A DNA stretch of 32,000 nucleotides from Wallemia ichthyophaga EXF-994 (GCF_000400465.1 NW_008806290.1:90001-122000); one strand, 5' to 3'; numbered from the stretch's first letter, positions 19,920 through 32,000 are shown. Notes: generated from the sequence alone by a model not told the origin. Numbers and translations are program-made.

Positions 19920-22448
19920 CTAATTTATTGAAGATGCTAAGTTGGGAAACCAAGGCTGTAATGCATTAGACCATTGGAGAGTGTGCTGCTGTGTGGATGA
20001 AGTATTTTTCACTTTATCGATGTTTGTCTCGCAGATCAATTTCAGTGCTTGTAATGTCTGCAGAAGAGTTAGTAAATATGGGACAAATTGCAATAAGCAC
20101 TCACACTATCACGCTTCTCTTCAGATAGCTTTAAGTGGGCTTGTGAGGTATTAATGCTAAGTGAAAGATTAATCTTTTCGAGTGCAGACTCATAGTATCG
20201 TGTAGCAGCTTCAGTCGTTGCATTCTACCGATGTTGATAAGCGTGAGACATTATGCTTGATTGCACTTACACCATTCAAGACAAAGAGATCTTTGTCATA
20301 CAACTCAAAGCTTGGATCAGTCTCAATATCCCTGACCGAATGGGTGTCGCGAGGAATATTTCCTCTCATCGTCCACTTGAGACGTCTCTGGAATCGTGCT
20401 TGACGTTCGCCTGTTGATAAAGATGGTGTATTGAGTTTGATGATATGCAGTGCCTATACGAAGTATTAGTGAGATATTCAAAGCAAATACACACTTGCGT
20501 TGAGAGTAGCTTGCGAGAGGTGGTCCATTATACTGGCAAACAGTGTGCGCTCTTTCATCCATTCGAGTGCGTTATGCTTAACAGCCTCAGTGAATCCGAC
20601 ACGATTATCCACTGGGAGGGACGATAAAGATGACGAAGCCTGATTTAGCTCATACTGCCAAGACCTAGCAACCCTACTGAGCTGCCAGTATATGATGAAC
20701 CAATCATGCTCCTTATCGAGCAAATCTAGCTCTGTGGTGACGAGTAGGGATTCTATGTTTAAGCTTAAGATGAAAGATCGCATTGCGAATGGGATCAATG
20801 CGAAAAGTGTTGCAAGTGTCTTTAAATCGAGTTAGATTGGATAAAGAAATCTCAAAGCAACTCACGGGTGATAGCGGCTGTAGTGATTTGGTTGATGGTT
20901 GATGGACTGTCTCTATCTAATATAGGTGAATTTTATGATGAATAATTACCACATAATACACACCTCATTGTCAAGCTCTTCGAATTGTTTGATACTTTTG
21001 GGGAGGTTGCGCTTCTGACGAGGCCTATTGTGGCAGTATGTAGAGACTAGATTGACGTAAAACTAAGTCGAATTTAGTGTTATTGAGATATAACCACATA
21101 AACTTACACCAGCTACTCTCTGTGACCACACACTAAGAGCTTGACCGATGGACATGGGATTACGACCAACGACAGTCATCTCAGCTTGTTTGAGCCTAAT
21201 GACAAGGTCTAGCACTCCGTGTGGGAGGCCAATCATGCCTTGAAGTAGTGAGTCTGTGATCCATTCAATGGAGTGTTGGTTAAAAATGAGGTTATCATCG
21301 GATATGAAGCGGGACTATGATAGGTGAGGTGAGAGGGTTGGATGATTAGAATGAACCTACAAGAGTTAAGTTGCGTAGGTATGATGGAAGAGCTCTTTCT
21401 GAAGGTTTTGAAATGGATCTACTTGATAGCCAATTCTGGAGTGAAAGTTAGATGGTATTTTGAATAGAGAAGGAAGGAAGCGTACAATCCATTCAAGAGG
21501 ATCTTGCACGCGAATAGCTTTGTTTATATCCCTGAAACATTCGAGGGAAGGTTTGAAACCCTCCCAAACGTTTTTGCCTTGAATGTCCAAGAGAGCGTCA
21601 TCGAGTGGGGGTAAAGGTGCCATATTGGGGAGATACTTGGATATACCTGAGTAAAAAGAGTTGGAAACTTTGGTGGATGGGGATGGAGAGGGAGAAATAA
21701 TCTTGATAAGTTCGATAGCATGGTTGATTGAAGATAGAGATTCGTCAAGTTGACGAGGATTATCTGAAGGGCAGTTGGTTAGATATGGGTTGTAGATGGA
21801 GAACAGGTTGAGTCTGAGTTGAATCCTATCTCTTAAACCGATGATGATGTCATTATTTGAATCAGACTCTAATTTGTGATTAATCCAGTTTAAAGATTCG
21901 ATTAAGAGGATCTCAACGTCCTGATCGTTGTACATTTCACCAAGAGAAAGACCAGCTTTGTCGGAGTTAAAGTCTTCAATATCGTACATGACACCTTTAA
22001 TGAGTTCAAACCAAGCAAAGTTGGCGCATTTGAGGGTGGCTAGTAGGGAAGATCTGAGGACTAAACCAATCCATTGCCATTCATAACGATTCTTGTCATC
22101 ATCAAGGTTAAGTGATTGGAATTCAAGTAAATGAAATTGAATAGAAGATAGTTTATGTAAATATAAACTTGAGTATAACGATTGAATCAAATGAGAGCCT
22201 TTATAGAATTCTAATTCTAATAAGGATGTCTTATCGATAATGTAAGTAATTTCAAGTAAATTGAGTTTTGTAATTGGATTAAATGAATCAATTGATTTGT
22301 TTAAATAAGAATCCATACGATTATCACCAATATGTATTGCACTCATCGCATCCAATAAAGTAAATCCAGGCGTATATATCAGCTCACCCAGACTTAGATT
22401 CTCAGTTGGATTGTATATTTCATCCGTGATATCAACGAAGTTATTCAT
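19920..22448 (-). CDS. MAK10: NatC N-acetyltransferase auxiliary subunit (Mak10/NAA35)
   Basis: N-terminus VDIT...GELI...FTLLDAMSAIHIGDNRMDS and YDIEDF are Mak10-typical. Manual splicing through about seven introns gives YCHNRPRQKRNL, EHDWFIIYWQL and a C-terminal QPWFP, with stop TAG at 19920-19922. Confidence 0.85.
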
Positions 22449-22596
22449 CAATGTTCAAAATCAACAAAGACGCCTTCGATGTCTTCAATCAAGAAATGTT
22501 TCATTTAAATTTTCAAAATTTATGTTTATTTTTTTATAAAACTATCTAAATCCGTTTCATTTGACCCGCGCTACGTTTCATCATAACCATCACATA

Positions 22597-24151
22597 ATGA
22601 GTGATTTACTTGTGAGTTTCTACTAATTAAATTAATATCATCTAAAATGACCTTAGAAACTCGCTTTGACCCATCCACTAGAATTTAGAACCCTATGTAG
22701 ATACAAAATCTGGTATGAACCAAAGAGAGATATTACTCACCCAGAAGAGCACGATACAACTGGTTTTGATAGGCAATCAATGAGAACTTGCTGGGATTTC
22801 TTAGATGCAACTTCAAGATCATTCGCACCAGTTATTAAAGAGTTAGATAGCGTTTTAGCCAGAGTTATTTGCATCTTTTACTTGGTTTTAAGAGCTTTAG
22901 ATACTATAGAAGATGATATGACTATACCACTCTCCATTAAGGAACCTCTCCTTAGATCCTTCCACCAAAAGATACGCGAACCTGGTTGGAATTTCGCCGG
23001 TTCCGGCCCGGAAGAGAAAGACAGAAATTTATTAGTCAAATTCCACTCAGTCATTGATGAGTTCATGCTACTCGATAATGACTGCAAATCCGTTATCTCT
23101 GATATCACTATGAAAATGGGTAACGGCATGGCTGATTATTGCGCTGCCGCTGAAAACCCACAACACCCTGGTGTTGAGACTATTCAAGATTTCGACCTTT
23201 ACTGTCACTTCGTTGCTGGTTTAGTCGGTGAAGGTTTATCTGGCTTATTTGCTGCAACTAAATTAGAAAAACCTTTCATCGCTGATCAACTCGAGCTATC
23301 CAATAGCATGGGCTTGTTCTTACAAAAAACAAACATTCTCAGAGACTACCGCGAAGATGTTGATCTCGGTAGAGAATTCTGGCCAATGTCTTTGGTTAAG
23401 CAACATGGTTTCAACTCCCGCGCTGAATTAAAAGAACCTGCAAATCAACAAAGAGCTCTCTGGGTCATCTCTTCAATGGTTCTTGACGCCCTAAGACACG
23501 CTCCAGACGTACTTGATTACCTCACTCTCATCAAGAACCAATCCATCTTCAACTTTGCTGCTATACCTCAAGTACACGCAATTGCAACCCTCGAAACTTG
23601 CTTCATGAACCCTGATCTTTTACATAAAAACGTTAAAATACGCAAGGCTGCTGCTGTTGAAATTCTTATGACCGTTCGTAACCCAAGAGATGTTGCTGAA
23701 CAATTCGTTGCTTTCTCAAGAAAAATGCACGCTAAATTATCCCCAGCTGATCCAAACTTTATTAAACTCTCCATAGCCATGTCTAGAGTTGAACAATGGG
23801 CTGAACGTCGCTTCCCAAGTTTACTTGATTTTGAACAAGGTCAAGTTCACTTTAAGAAATGGGACAAGAGATATATTACTTTTGCTGAATTTGATAAGCG
23901 CGTCACTGATCGTGAGACTGAGGAGAAGAGGGCCCATCTCATTCCAGGAAGGACTTCATTTGATGATGATCCTAACGAAAAGATACCATGGAGGTGAGTA
24001 TTTATCTATAAACACACTTCAACCCAACTAACATTCTCAAAGGTTCGTTTTTCTCATTATGGGCTGCTGTCTCACCCTTTTCCTCGTTGTCGCCGTATTT
24101 GTTTGGTTCTTTGTTCTCTGGCTCTCAAACATCGGAAAACGCTTCGAATAA
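22597..24151 (+). CDS. ERG9: squalene synthase (farnesyl-diphosphate farnesyltransferase)
   Basis: Micro-exon MSDLL then intron; TSRSFAPVI, YLVLRALDTIEDDM, YCHFVAGLVGEGLS, MGLFLQKTNILRDY and FNFAAIPQVHAIATL. The last exon encodes the C-terminal membrane anchor. Confidence 0.96.
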
Positions 24152-24307
24152 TCTCAATATTAGCAGAAAACAAATGTCTCGATGCAAAATGGAATCTCTA
24201 GAATTACTTAATAAATATTTTACATGTAATTATCCGTTTTCTTTTTAAAATTTGGATTCGTTTGACTATAAGAGTATAGTATAGCTCCAGGCTTAAAAAC
24301 ACACTAG

Positions 24308-25645
24308 TTAATTAACAATTCTAGGTTGATATGCTCCAGTTGGTATATCATTTGAAACATCGATTGTCGACGTACTATCATTCTTGTAGTGCCATGCTTG
24401 GTTTTCTAAGTGATCATCGTATTCATGAGAAGCCCGTGTCATTTCATACCCTCTCGACGAAGGTAGGAATGCTTCATCAAATTCATCTGCCATTGTCGCA
24501 TTCTTTTTGCTATGTGCGTAAGGCTTATTACGAGCGTAATCGAAAAAGAAGCGGAAGGATAAGCTAATATCGAATTAGGCGTTGTAGGTATCCAAAATTA
24601 AACTCACAATACATCCTTGATCAAGTCCGTCAAGTTGATGGCATATAAGAATGCCATCAACGGATTCATGATACGTTGAACACCTTCAACCTTGGTCCTG
24701 TTCCTATATTCCTTGAAACTAAACGCGTAAATCATAAATGCTGAAAAGAAGACCATCTCAACGCATATACAAAGACTGTCTAGTCCATTACTGATGTTAT
24801 TCCTTGTCCAGTACTCTGTTGACTTTAAAATATTATGCTCCGCAAGCTGGTCGAATATGAAGCCTTGGTAGAATGTAAAAGCGACAAGTAGCTTGATTGA
24901 TAAGAATTTTGCGAGTGGTTTCTTACCCATTAAATCAGCTTTGGTAATAGTGTAGAAGATGACAAGAGCGTAGAGCGCGACCGATATAGAAACAAAGTCG
25001 ATAGCTGTTATGTATACTTCAGCAAAGTGAACACTGTACGTTGTAGAGCAAAGTACATTCTCTGCTTCGCAAATGATAGATATGATACTGAGTAGTGGAC
25101 GCAGAATTGCATACTGTAAAACACCCCACTTGAGCGTATACATGAAATAGGGCTTTGATGCTCTAAAACGCACCCATTTGAACTATTATGTAAGTAAGTG
25201 ATGTGCTGCGCATTTGACATGTTCTTACCATGGGTAAAGCTGATTTCCCCTTCTGCTCTAAGAAATCACGCTGGTCTTGGGGAGTGTTTCCAATGTATTG
25301 AATGAGTAAGTATAAGAATGAGACCATTGAAATACTTTCCCAGATATTGAGACAAACTGTAAAGTAAATTGAGCTTCTAAAATAGCGATAAGAACAGAAT
25401 GAAATGATTGCATAGAAAGCGGGAAGAAGGAGAATTCTAATGATATTCCTTTGCTCGTTCTTGACGTTGAAATGCTTACAATGCATTGAGACTGAGAAAG
25501 CAGTGATGATAACAGTCGCTACAGCGCAGCAACCAGCGACGGTCCAACCAATTCTGTGAGCATCCCAATGAATACCATTATCATCCCAAAATCTTGATTG
25601 ATCAATTTCTGTGGTATTTTCTTCCTCTATGCAGTGCCGAACCAT
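24308..25645 (-). CDS. TMEM184/OST-alpha (DUF300) family membrane protein
   Basis: EQRNIIRILLLPAFYAIISF, YLLIQYIG, LKWGVLQYAILRPL, SVALYALVIFY, PLAKFLSIKLLVAFTFYQ, ICVEMVFFS and YAFSFKEY. Two introns, near 25183-25228 and 24566-24610. Confidence 0.88.
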
Positions 25646-25679
25646 GGCTGCGTTGAACAACGACGAGAGTATATAACAA

Positions 25680-28116
25680 ATGTCCTCATCGGATACTACT
25701 TTAGATGTAAAAATCAAAAATCTACAAAAGTCAGCGATTAATTTAACTAAAATATCAAAAAATTTACTCAAAGCTGACGATCTCGCATTTCAAAAGAGTA
25801 TCGATGGAGATTTCAGCGCAAAATGCAATCAAGCGGAGGAAGGCGTAGTGGATAACATAAACCAATTACTTGGATTTGTTAATGGGAATAGCAGGGAGTT
25901 AGACGCTGATGATTTGGTTGGTGATACAAAGCCAGTAGGTGAAGTCGTTGATCAGCTTTTGGAGGATAGCTCTATCAACATCGATAAGCACACAAATAGC
26001 TATAACAAGCCGTCCTTATCGAAAGACTTGGATCCTTCAATCTACAATGACAAAGCTATTCAAACAAAACCACAATCAAAGTGGTTTTCGAAGGTTGATA
26101 ACTCAAATACTCATTGGAAGCCACTCATTACTCACAAGCCAAACGCTAAAACTCCCCTCACTTGGTCTAGCGTTGACGACGGTGTTCTTAATCACCCTTA
26201 CAAACATGAAATAGATACAATACAACACCCCTCGAATCAACTTTCACTCCACGATCCAATCGAGCAGGGCACTTTTGAACAAACTCCTTTTACTTGGGTG
26301 GATAATGAAGATACTTTAAATTTACTACTGGAGAAATTGAATAAGGTTTCAGAAATTGCCATCGATTTGGAACATCATGATTTCAGATCGTACCATGGAT
26401 TCGTTTGTTTGATGCAAATATCAATCAGAGGCGAAGATTTCATAATAGACACCCTAGAATTAAGGGATCAACTCATTAAATTGAATGATCCTTTCACTAA
26501 TCCAAACATCGTAAAGGTTTTTCACGGTGCTGACTCTGATATCATATGGTTACAGCGTGATTTTGGCGTATACATTGTCAACATGTTTGATACGTACCAC
26601 GCAACCAGAGTATTAGGATTTAATCAGCATTCACTAGCCTCTCTCCTCGTCAAATACTGTAATTATACACCAGACAAACGCTATCAAAGGGCTGATTGGC
26701 GTAAAAGACCACTCACTAAACCAATGTTAGATTACGCAAGATCAGATACGCATTATTTATTATATATTTATGATATATTACGCAATACGCTTATTAAAAA
26801 ATCAACCAAAAAGTACAATATGCTCAAGGATGTACTTGATAGAAGTGCGCAATTATCAGCCAAAACTCATTATAGGGATCTTTATGATTATGAAACCGGT
26901 AAGGGTTTCAATGGTTGGTACAATCTCGCACTCAAATGGAACAAGAGAATGGAACCAGCGCTTATCGAGGTATTTAGAAGATTACATCAATGGAGAGATG
27001 AATTGGCTAGGAAGGAAGATGAAAGTGTTCACCTTGTTCTCTCTAACCATCAACTTTATGATTTGGCACTTAAACAACCAACTACACCGCAAAAAGTTAG
27101 CGATATTTTCCAAAAGAAAATTCCACACTATGTGAGAAGTCAGATGCGGGAGGTTTGTCATGTTATCAACTCAGCTATCGAATTCGCAAACACACATAGT
27201 GACAAATTACATGAAATGATAATTCCAAAACCGATGCAAAAACCAAATAATGTCCACTTACCATTCAAGACAGGACTTGATTATGATTTGTGGAACATTA
27301 ATCAGTCACAGCCAATATCATCGAATACTCTTTCTGATGTCACACGTAATAAGCTATTTGGTCAAGATAATTCCAAGCAAGTACCGCAAGCTAGCACTTC
27401 GAAACTCTTTAGTGGTGCTACAGATGCTGTGAATACAAAGAAAAGTAAAGCAGTTGAAAAAATTACTTCGTCGTTCGACTTGGTATCACTTATTCCTCAT
27501 GTGAGTTTACTTTATGAAATGTCAAAATTTCAATCATAATAACTCACTTTAGGCTACACCCTCGACTGGGTTTGACTTTGATGCATTCGACGAGCACAAG
27601 CGACCAATAGAATTCAAACCACCACCAATGCCTGCTCGCGTAGATGAGGTGCTCAAGGAAGACAAGCAAAGGATGGAAGAAGAAAACAAGTCAAGTGGAG
27701 ATGTCAGTATGGCTGAAGCTTCTCAAAAGACTAAGGAAGAGAAGATAGCAGATAGTATACCGATCGATGCTGGTATCACCGCAGATGACATCGCTACCGT
27801 CGGCAAGCAGGCGGATAAGAAGCGTAAGCGTAAGGAGAAGGGAGGAACCAAGGACAAGGATAAGGAAGGTAGTAAAGGAGAGAGTAGTAAAAAGGAAAAG
27901 ACAGCCAAATCTAGTAGGAAGGACAAGGTGGATATTCCAGACTTCGATTACGACAAGGAGGAGAGTGTACTGGATAAGCCACTCGATGACCTGTCGCAAT
28001 CAACAAAGAAGCCTAAGAAGCAGCGTTATAAAGCCAACTTTGAAGGACAATTCAAGCGACCAGGATCTTCAAAGATGCAACAATCATCGGGTAACCGCTC
28101 GCATACATTCAAGTGA
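25680..28116 (+). CDS. RRP6: nuclear exosome 3'-5' exonuclease (PMC2NT, DEDD-Y exo, HRDC)
   Basis: IAIDLEHHDFRSYHGFVCLMQIS, KVFHGADSDIIWLQRDF, DKRYQRADWRKRPL and YARSDTHYLLYIYD; HRDC (WRDELARKEDES); Lys-rich C-terminus with NLS-like runs. Intron about 27501-27552. Confidence 0.95.
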
Positions 28117-28161
28117 GCTGATAAATTTAATTATTTGTACAAAGAAAGGGCTTTAAAGAAT

Positions 28162-28754
28162 TTAAGCAGTCCATAATCTAGCAACGAGCTCAGTCACGCC
28201 AATATCATTAGTCTGGAAGCTGTATAAACCCACGGCGGTGCCGATAGTGAGTGCTCTAACGGACCATCTCGCGACAGGGCCAATCTTTGGGAACTTTCTG
28301 TCGTGGAGATAATCAGTCAAAGAGGCGTCGAATCCGATATGAGAGTGGACCAATAAGGAAGAGCAGATGAGACCATCCAAGACTGGGTGAGAGGAAGTGA
28401 CGAATGAAGCGCCAATAATTGGAACCAAAGCTGCGGATACGGCTCTCTCGAATGCCCAGTGAGAGCTACCGTGAGCTGAGTTTGGTGGTGGGAATTTCGT
28501 TGGGTCGTTGACGGTGCCCTCAACGTAGCCTGCAATAAGATCAGAATCAGTCAAGCGGTTAGAAGGATTTACTAACTGCTGCTGGCTTGTGCAACTTGTG
28601 CAGCTTGCTGTGTGGCTGATTTCGATGCAGAGAATGAAGTTTGAGTTGCTGTATTAGATTAAGATTAGTAGGTGTGTGGCTTGCATCGCAAGCAAAACAC
28701 ACAAGAATGAATTCCTCTTCTCGTCAGAGCTTGTACTCCTCTAGAAAATGACAT
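28162..28754 (-). CDS. SDH4: succinate dehydrogenase cytochrome b small subunit (CybS; Sdh4/Tim18 family)
   Basis: Presequence MSFSRGVQALTRRGIHS, two introns, then GTVNDP, HGSSHWAFER, HSHIGFDASLTDY and FQTNDIGVTELVARLW. Confidence 0.92.
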
Positions 28755-28786
28755 GATGATGGCTGTGTCTAAACAACTTTACTCTC

Positions 28787-28791
28787 ATTGG
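28787..28791 (-). promoter_or_regulatory. CCAAT box about 33 bp upstream of the SDH4 ATG in the 73-bp divergent gap
   Basis: ATTGG on the + strand. HAP/CCAAT-binding complexes regulate fungal respiratory genes (established), but a 5-mer is weak evidence. Confidence 0.25.
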
Positions 28792-28827
28792 TCAACATCG
28801 AAAACCGATATTTGCCGTATTTAGACG

Positions 28828-29866
28828 ATGAGCGTGGAGGACACCGATGTATTATTACAATTAGTACTCGATTTAGAGCGTAAATTCAATCTAGAGCCAT
28901 CAAGCCATCACGACTTATCGACGCGTCTAAAGGAAGAATTGGATAGATTTGCGTTAGAAGATGTTAAAGACTCACCTATATCATTAAATGATATCCTCGT
29001 TTACTTATATCATCAACGTAAACAGATCCATAGTGAAATTTACAATCTCAAATCTAAAACTTATTCAAAGCCCAAGTACTTTTACACTCAATCTGGTAAA
29101 GATGAATTGAGAAGCTTGGATATGACAAAGGAGAACATGCGCTTAGATGCAGTTGAAGATGGTAGATTCGATCAGACACTCAAAGGTTTCACTGTTGATA
29201 GTATCATATCTTTGTTCGTCATCGGCATCTCATCCGATATTGTCTAATTGGTCAACTACAGAACTACTCAAAGCAATATCATCACCAAAGCTTATTGGAG
29301 TCCACGTGATCTGTCTAATTCTGAGTATGCTCATATCCCCTAGAAACACCTTTATCACTCACATCACCCCCACCAGTCAAATTAAGCAGCTCGCAGAAGA
29401 TAATACCGATCTCTCAATTCAAGCACTCTACAAGCAGAAAGAGTTACGCGAGATACGCGACAAGATACGTAAGAGAAGAATCGACGTTAATGCATCTACA
29501 AAAGATCTTCAAACTATCACAAGAGGTCTCGTTAGTCTCGACAAAGTCAGGGAGAGTAAGGTTAAGGGTAAATTCACTCCTAAACAGTGGCAAGAATATG
29601 ACACGTGTGTTGCATTCTATTTAATACTAAAACTTTCACTCACACACCCACAGTATCATTAAAGAACTTAAACTTAATATACAAAAAAACATGAGGAAGA
29701 AATTCATCATTCAAGTGAGTTCCCTATCTTCTACCACACTTAATCTAATCAAAATCAAAATCAAAATCAGCATGCTATACTTTATTGGCAACCGTATTGG
29801 TCAGAATCTCCAAAATATGTCAAAAGAATGTTAAAGATGTGCGATGAAGGAAGACTGGTTCAATAG
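28828..29866 (+). CDS. coiled-coil protein, CENP-H/Fta3-like (tentative)
   Basis: ATG 28828; introns 29214-29261, 29325-29376, 29605-29653 and 29715-29770 give one continuous frame. It ends ...KELREIRDKIRKRRID...IQKNMRKKFIIQHAILYWQPYWSESPKYVKRMLKMCDEGRLVQ*. The gene model is solid; the family call is by eye. Confidence 0.55.
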
Positions 29867-29974
29867 CCCTCTCAGACCACACAAATACCCCAAATTTTCT
29901 TGTACTATATTATAAGTAACATTAATAAAATTACATACAACAAATTCAACCCAGGCTGAGTAGACTTAAAAATG

Positions 29975-32000
29975 TTACACTGGTTGTCTGGCTTGGTGAG
30001 CATTACCGAAAGCTTCACTCGCCTTTATGCAATGCTGTTGGTTGGTAGATACGTCAAAGCAGTAGCAAACGTAGACTGAGTCAACAGTGCTCGTTAAAAG
30101 ATCACACCACATTCTGATAGCGCTGTAGGTGAGCCATCCGGCAACTATTGCTATTATCGGTGAATGTAGTGATTGGTTCAAGTAATGAGCACAGTATATA
30201 AATCCAGCTACTGCGCTAAGTAGAGATACTGTAATTGCAAATAATCTAATAGTAGTCTTTACTAGTAGATCATCCATCAAGCCCTTCACTTCACGCCTAT
30301 TGACTAACTGTTTGACACGTTTGGCAGATGGCGTAAACGCTTCACCCGTTATTCCAACATGAATTAGTGCGTAATTCGATATATGATCTATAAACCCAAG
30401 CGTCATAGCTGCAACCATGCTGATCGCTGTGAACACGATTGATACTGGATGAAAACGCGTAATTCCACTGTTGTTAAGATTGCGCAACCGCACTAATACT
30501 CTCACGAGCAAGCTAGCAGTGGTGAGAATTATTGATGCCAAGCAAATACTTCCAAATGAAGCATGAGTTGATCTGTAAAAAGAATTGCTGACGATTATGT
30601 GCGGTGATGGTTGATGCGGATCGTGTCTATTGAAATACCAAGCACCCAGAACACCACTCGTAGTGACGGCAGCTATACCCCGTAACAATCCCCATGTCCA
30701 GAAACCAACGAGAATAACATAAGCTACCAACAAGTCTGATGACGTATTTACGTGCCAAATCAAACCGCTGTCATTACTATCCCAATGCCCTATTCTCAGC
30801 AGCTTATAAACTAGCCATGCATAAGGTATTGAGAGCAGTGTTGAAAAGAGTGTGAGTCCCAGGTGGTATATGATTAGTGTTGGGTGCTCAAGTATCACTT
30901 GCGATGACAACTCGACGATTTTTATTGAGCGCTTAAGTTTATGCCTTCTTATATAGAGAGTACGGCTGAACCATACTATTATTATCATGGGTATAAGTGA
31001 AAAGACACGTAGGCTTTAGTGAAGTTAGCGTGCACGAACAATTGAAAGCCCACGTACCCAGTGCTCTGCCACCACGATGACCAACTAGAGTCAGACTCAT
31101 CGTCATCAATGAAAGAGCCTGCAAATGCCCAGGTAGAGCTTCCTAGCAAACCGAACAGGATGACAGCGATTGCAGTATACAGTATCGGTGTGATTGCGTT
31201 TTTGAGGATTATTAGATGCATAGCACCCAGAAGTAATGCTATGGTTGTCAACGCGACGAGCAGAGGTGTCGAATGTAAGAGGGTTGTCGTGATGAATGGT
31301 GTTGCGTTCGGTGGCGGTATCGCGGTATCCTTAGCGTGTAGTTAGATTCGTAAGCTCTTAGAAGAAAGACACTAACATTATTCCGAAATAATGTAAAGAT
31401 ACCTATACTTATAACGGATATTATAGAAAATCCATATGTGACTATAAAGGGAGCGTCGCGATATTTTCTAATTGGCGTACGAGTAATTGAAGGGACTGTA
31501 GGTGTGGGTGCTGGGCTTTGTATAAATAACTGATGCGGCTGCTGCTCGTCTTCCTCTATGTCGTCATTGTGATCGCCTTGTGGCCGATTTAGTAAAGGCT
31601 GAGATAACTGAAGCTCAATCTCTTCTTGTGGTTCTGGTTCTGGCTCTGGCGTAGGTGGCTTATGGAAGCTTAATTTTGACTGGTTAGTGAATAGAGATTG
31701 TGCTTGGTTGATGTGATTTGGGTCAGGGGTAGATACTCCAGATCGCTGTGAACCTGTTGAACGATTGAGGTGTTCGTTAGGAGACGGGGATCGCGATTCT
31801 GAGGCTGGCGTAGAGTTTCTGTTCAGTGTCGACTGCTGGAGGTGCGCCATTTCCTGTTCAATCTCGTCATCGTTCATCCACGGCCCTTGATTTGAGCATC
31901 TATCGTCGTAATTGGCGTGAAATATCGGTGAATGACCTGAGCTTGCACCTAATATCCGTGAACTCAGGAATTTTGAAGCATACGCCGTGAAATTGTTTGA
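29975..32000 (-). CDS. plasma-membrane choline-transporter-like protein (PNS1/CTL/SLC44 family), 5'-partial
   Basis: The frame stays open upstream of the Met at 31877 to the window edge (SNNFTAYASKFL...). Two introns; family motifs GVLGAWYF, STHASFGSICLASI, NYALIHVGITGEAF..SAK and VDSVYVCYCFD. Confidence 0.85.

Noticed and set aside
29747-29770. (TCAAAA)3 microsatellite in the last intron of the CENP-H-like gene; PEPEPE codon repeat near 31630-31650
   Set aside because: Ordinary short low-complexity repeats.
206-31345. Numerous antisense or alternate-frame ORFs in the supplied track (for example 206-475, 2185-2445, 9115-9430, 17529-17903, 27691-27999, 31061-31345)
   Set aside because: They are shadows of well-supported genes on the other strand or frame, with no independent protein features.
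1-32000. Functional gene cluster, mobile element or CRISPR array
   Set aside because: The genes are unrelated housekeeping functions. I saw no transposase/RT ORF, terminal repeats, target-site duplications or repeat-spacer array.
31878-32000. Treating Met 31877 as the start of the PNS1-like gene
   Set aside because: The frame stays open to the window edge with an N-terminus-like AYASKFL stretch, so the true start probably lies beyond 32000.

Overview
Very compact eukaryotic (fungal, basidiomycete-like) genomic DNA with short GT-AG introns of about 44-56 nt and intergenic gaps often under 100 bp. This architecture resembles Wallemia (inference only, not a database match). After manual splicing I find 14 complete protein genes plus partial genes at the window ends. 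In order: M18 aspartyl aminopeptidase, UBP14/USP5, a CLIP-170/Bik1-like CAP-Gly protein, VPS8, MLH1, SNZ1/PDX1, a glyoxalase-like protein, mitochondrial IleRS, MAK10, ERG9, a TMEM184/OST-alpha family protein, RRP6, SDH4/TIM18, an orphan coiled-coil gene that I read as CENP-H-like, and a 5'-truncated PNS1/CTL-like transporter; a possible gene end lies at 1-56. This is a housekeeping region with no operon-like or secondary-metabolite cluster, mobile element, tRNA, rRNA or CRISPR, and I cannot support a wholly new multi-gene system. The best leads are: (1) the CAP-Gly gene and VPS8 appear to start on overlapping ATGs in one CATG palindrome; (2) Ubp14 carries a third, tandemly duplicated UBA domain with an intron in only one copy; (3) a CENP-H-like kinetochore gene visible only after splicing; (4) a lone 1.64-kb ORF-free gap upstream of SNZ1 with hairpins and orphan splice signals; (5) a probable GC-AG intron and three stop-free in-frame 45-nt introns.
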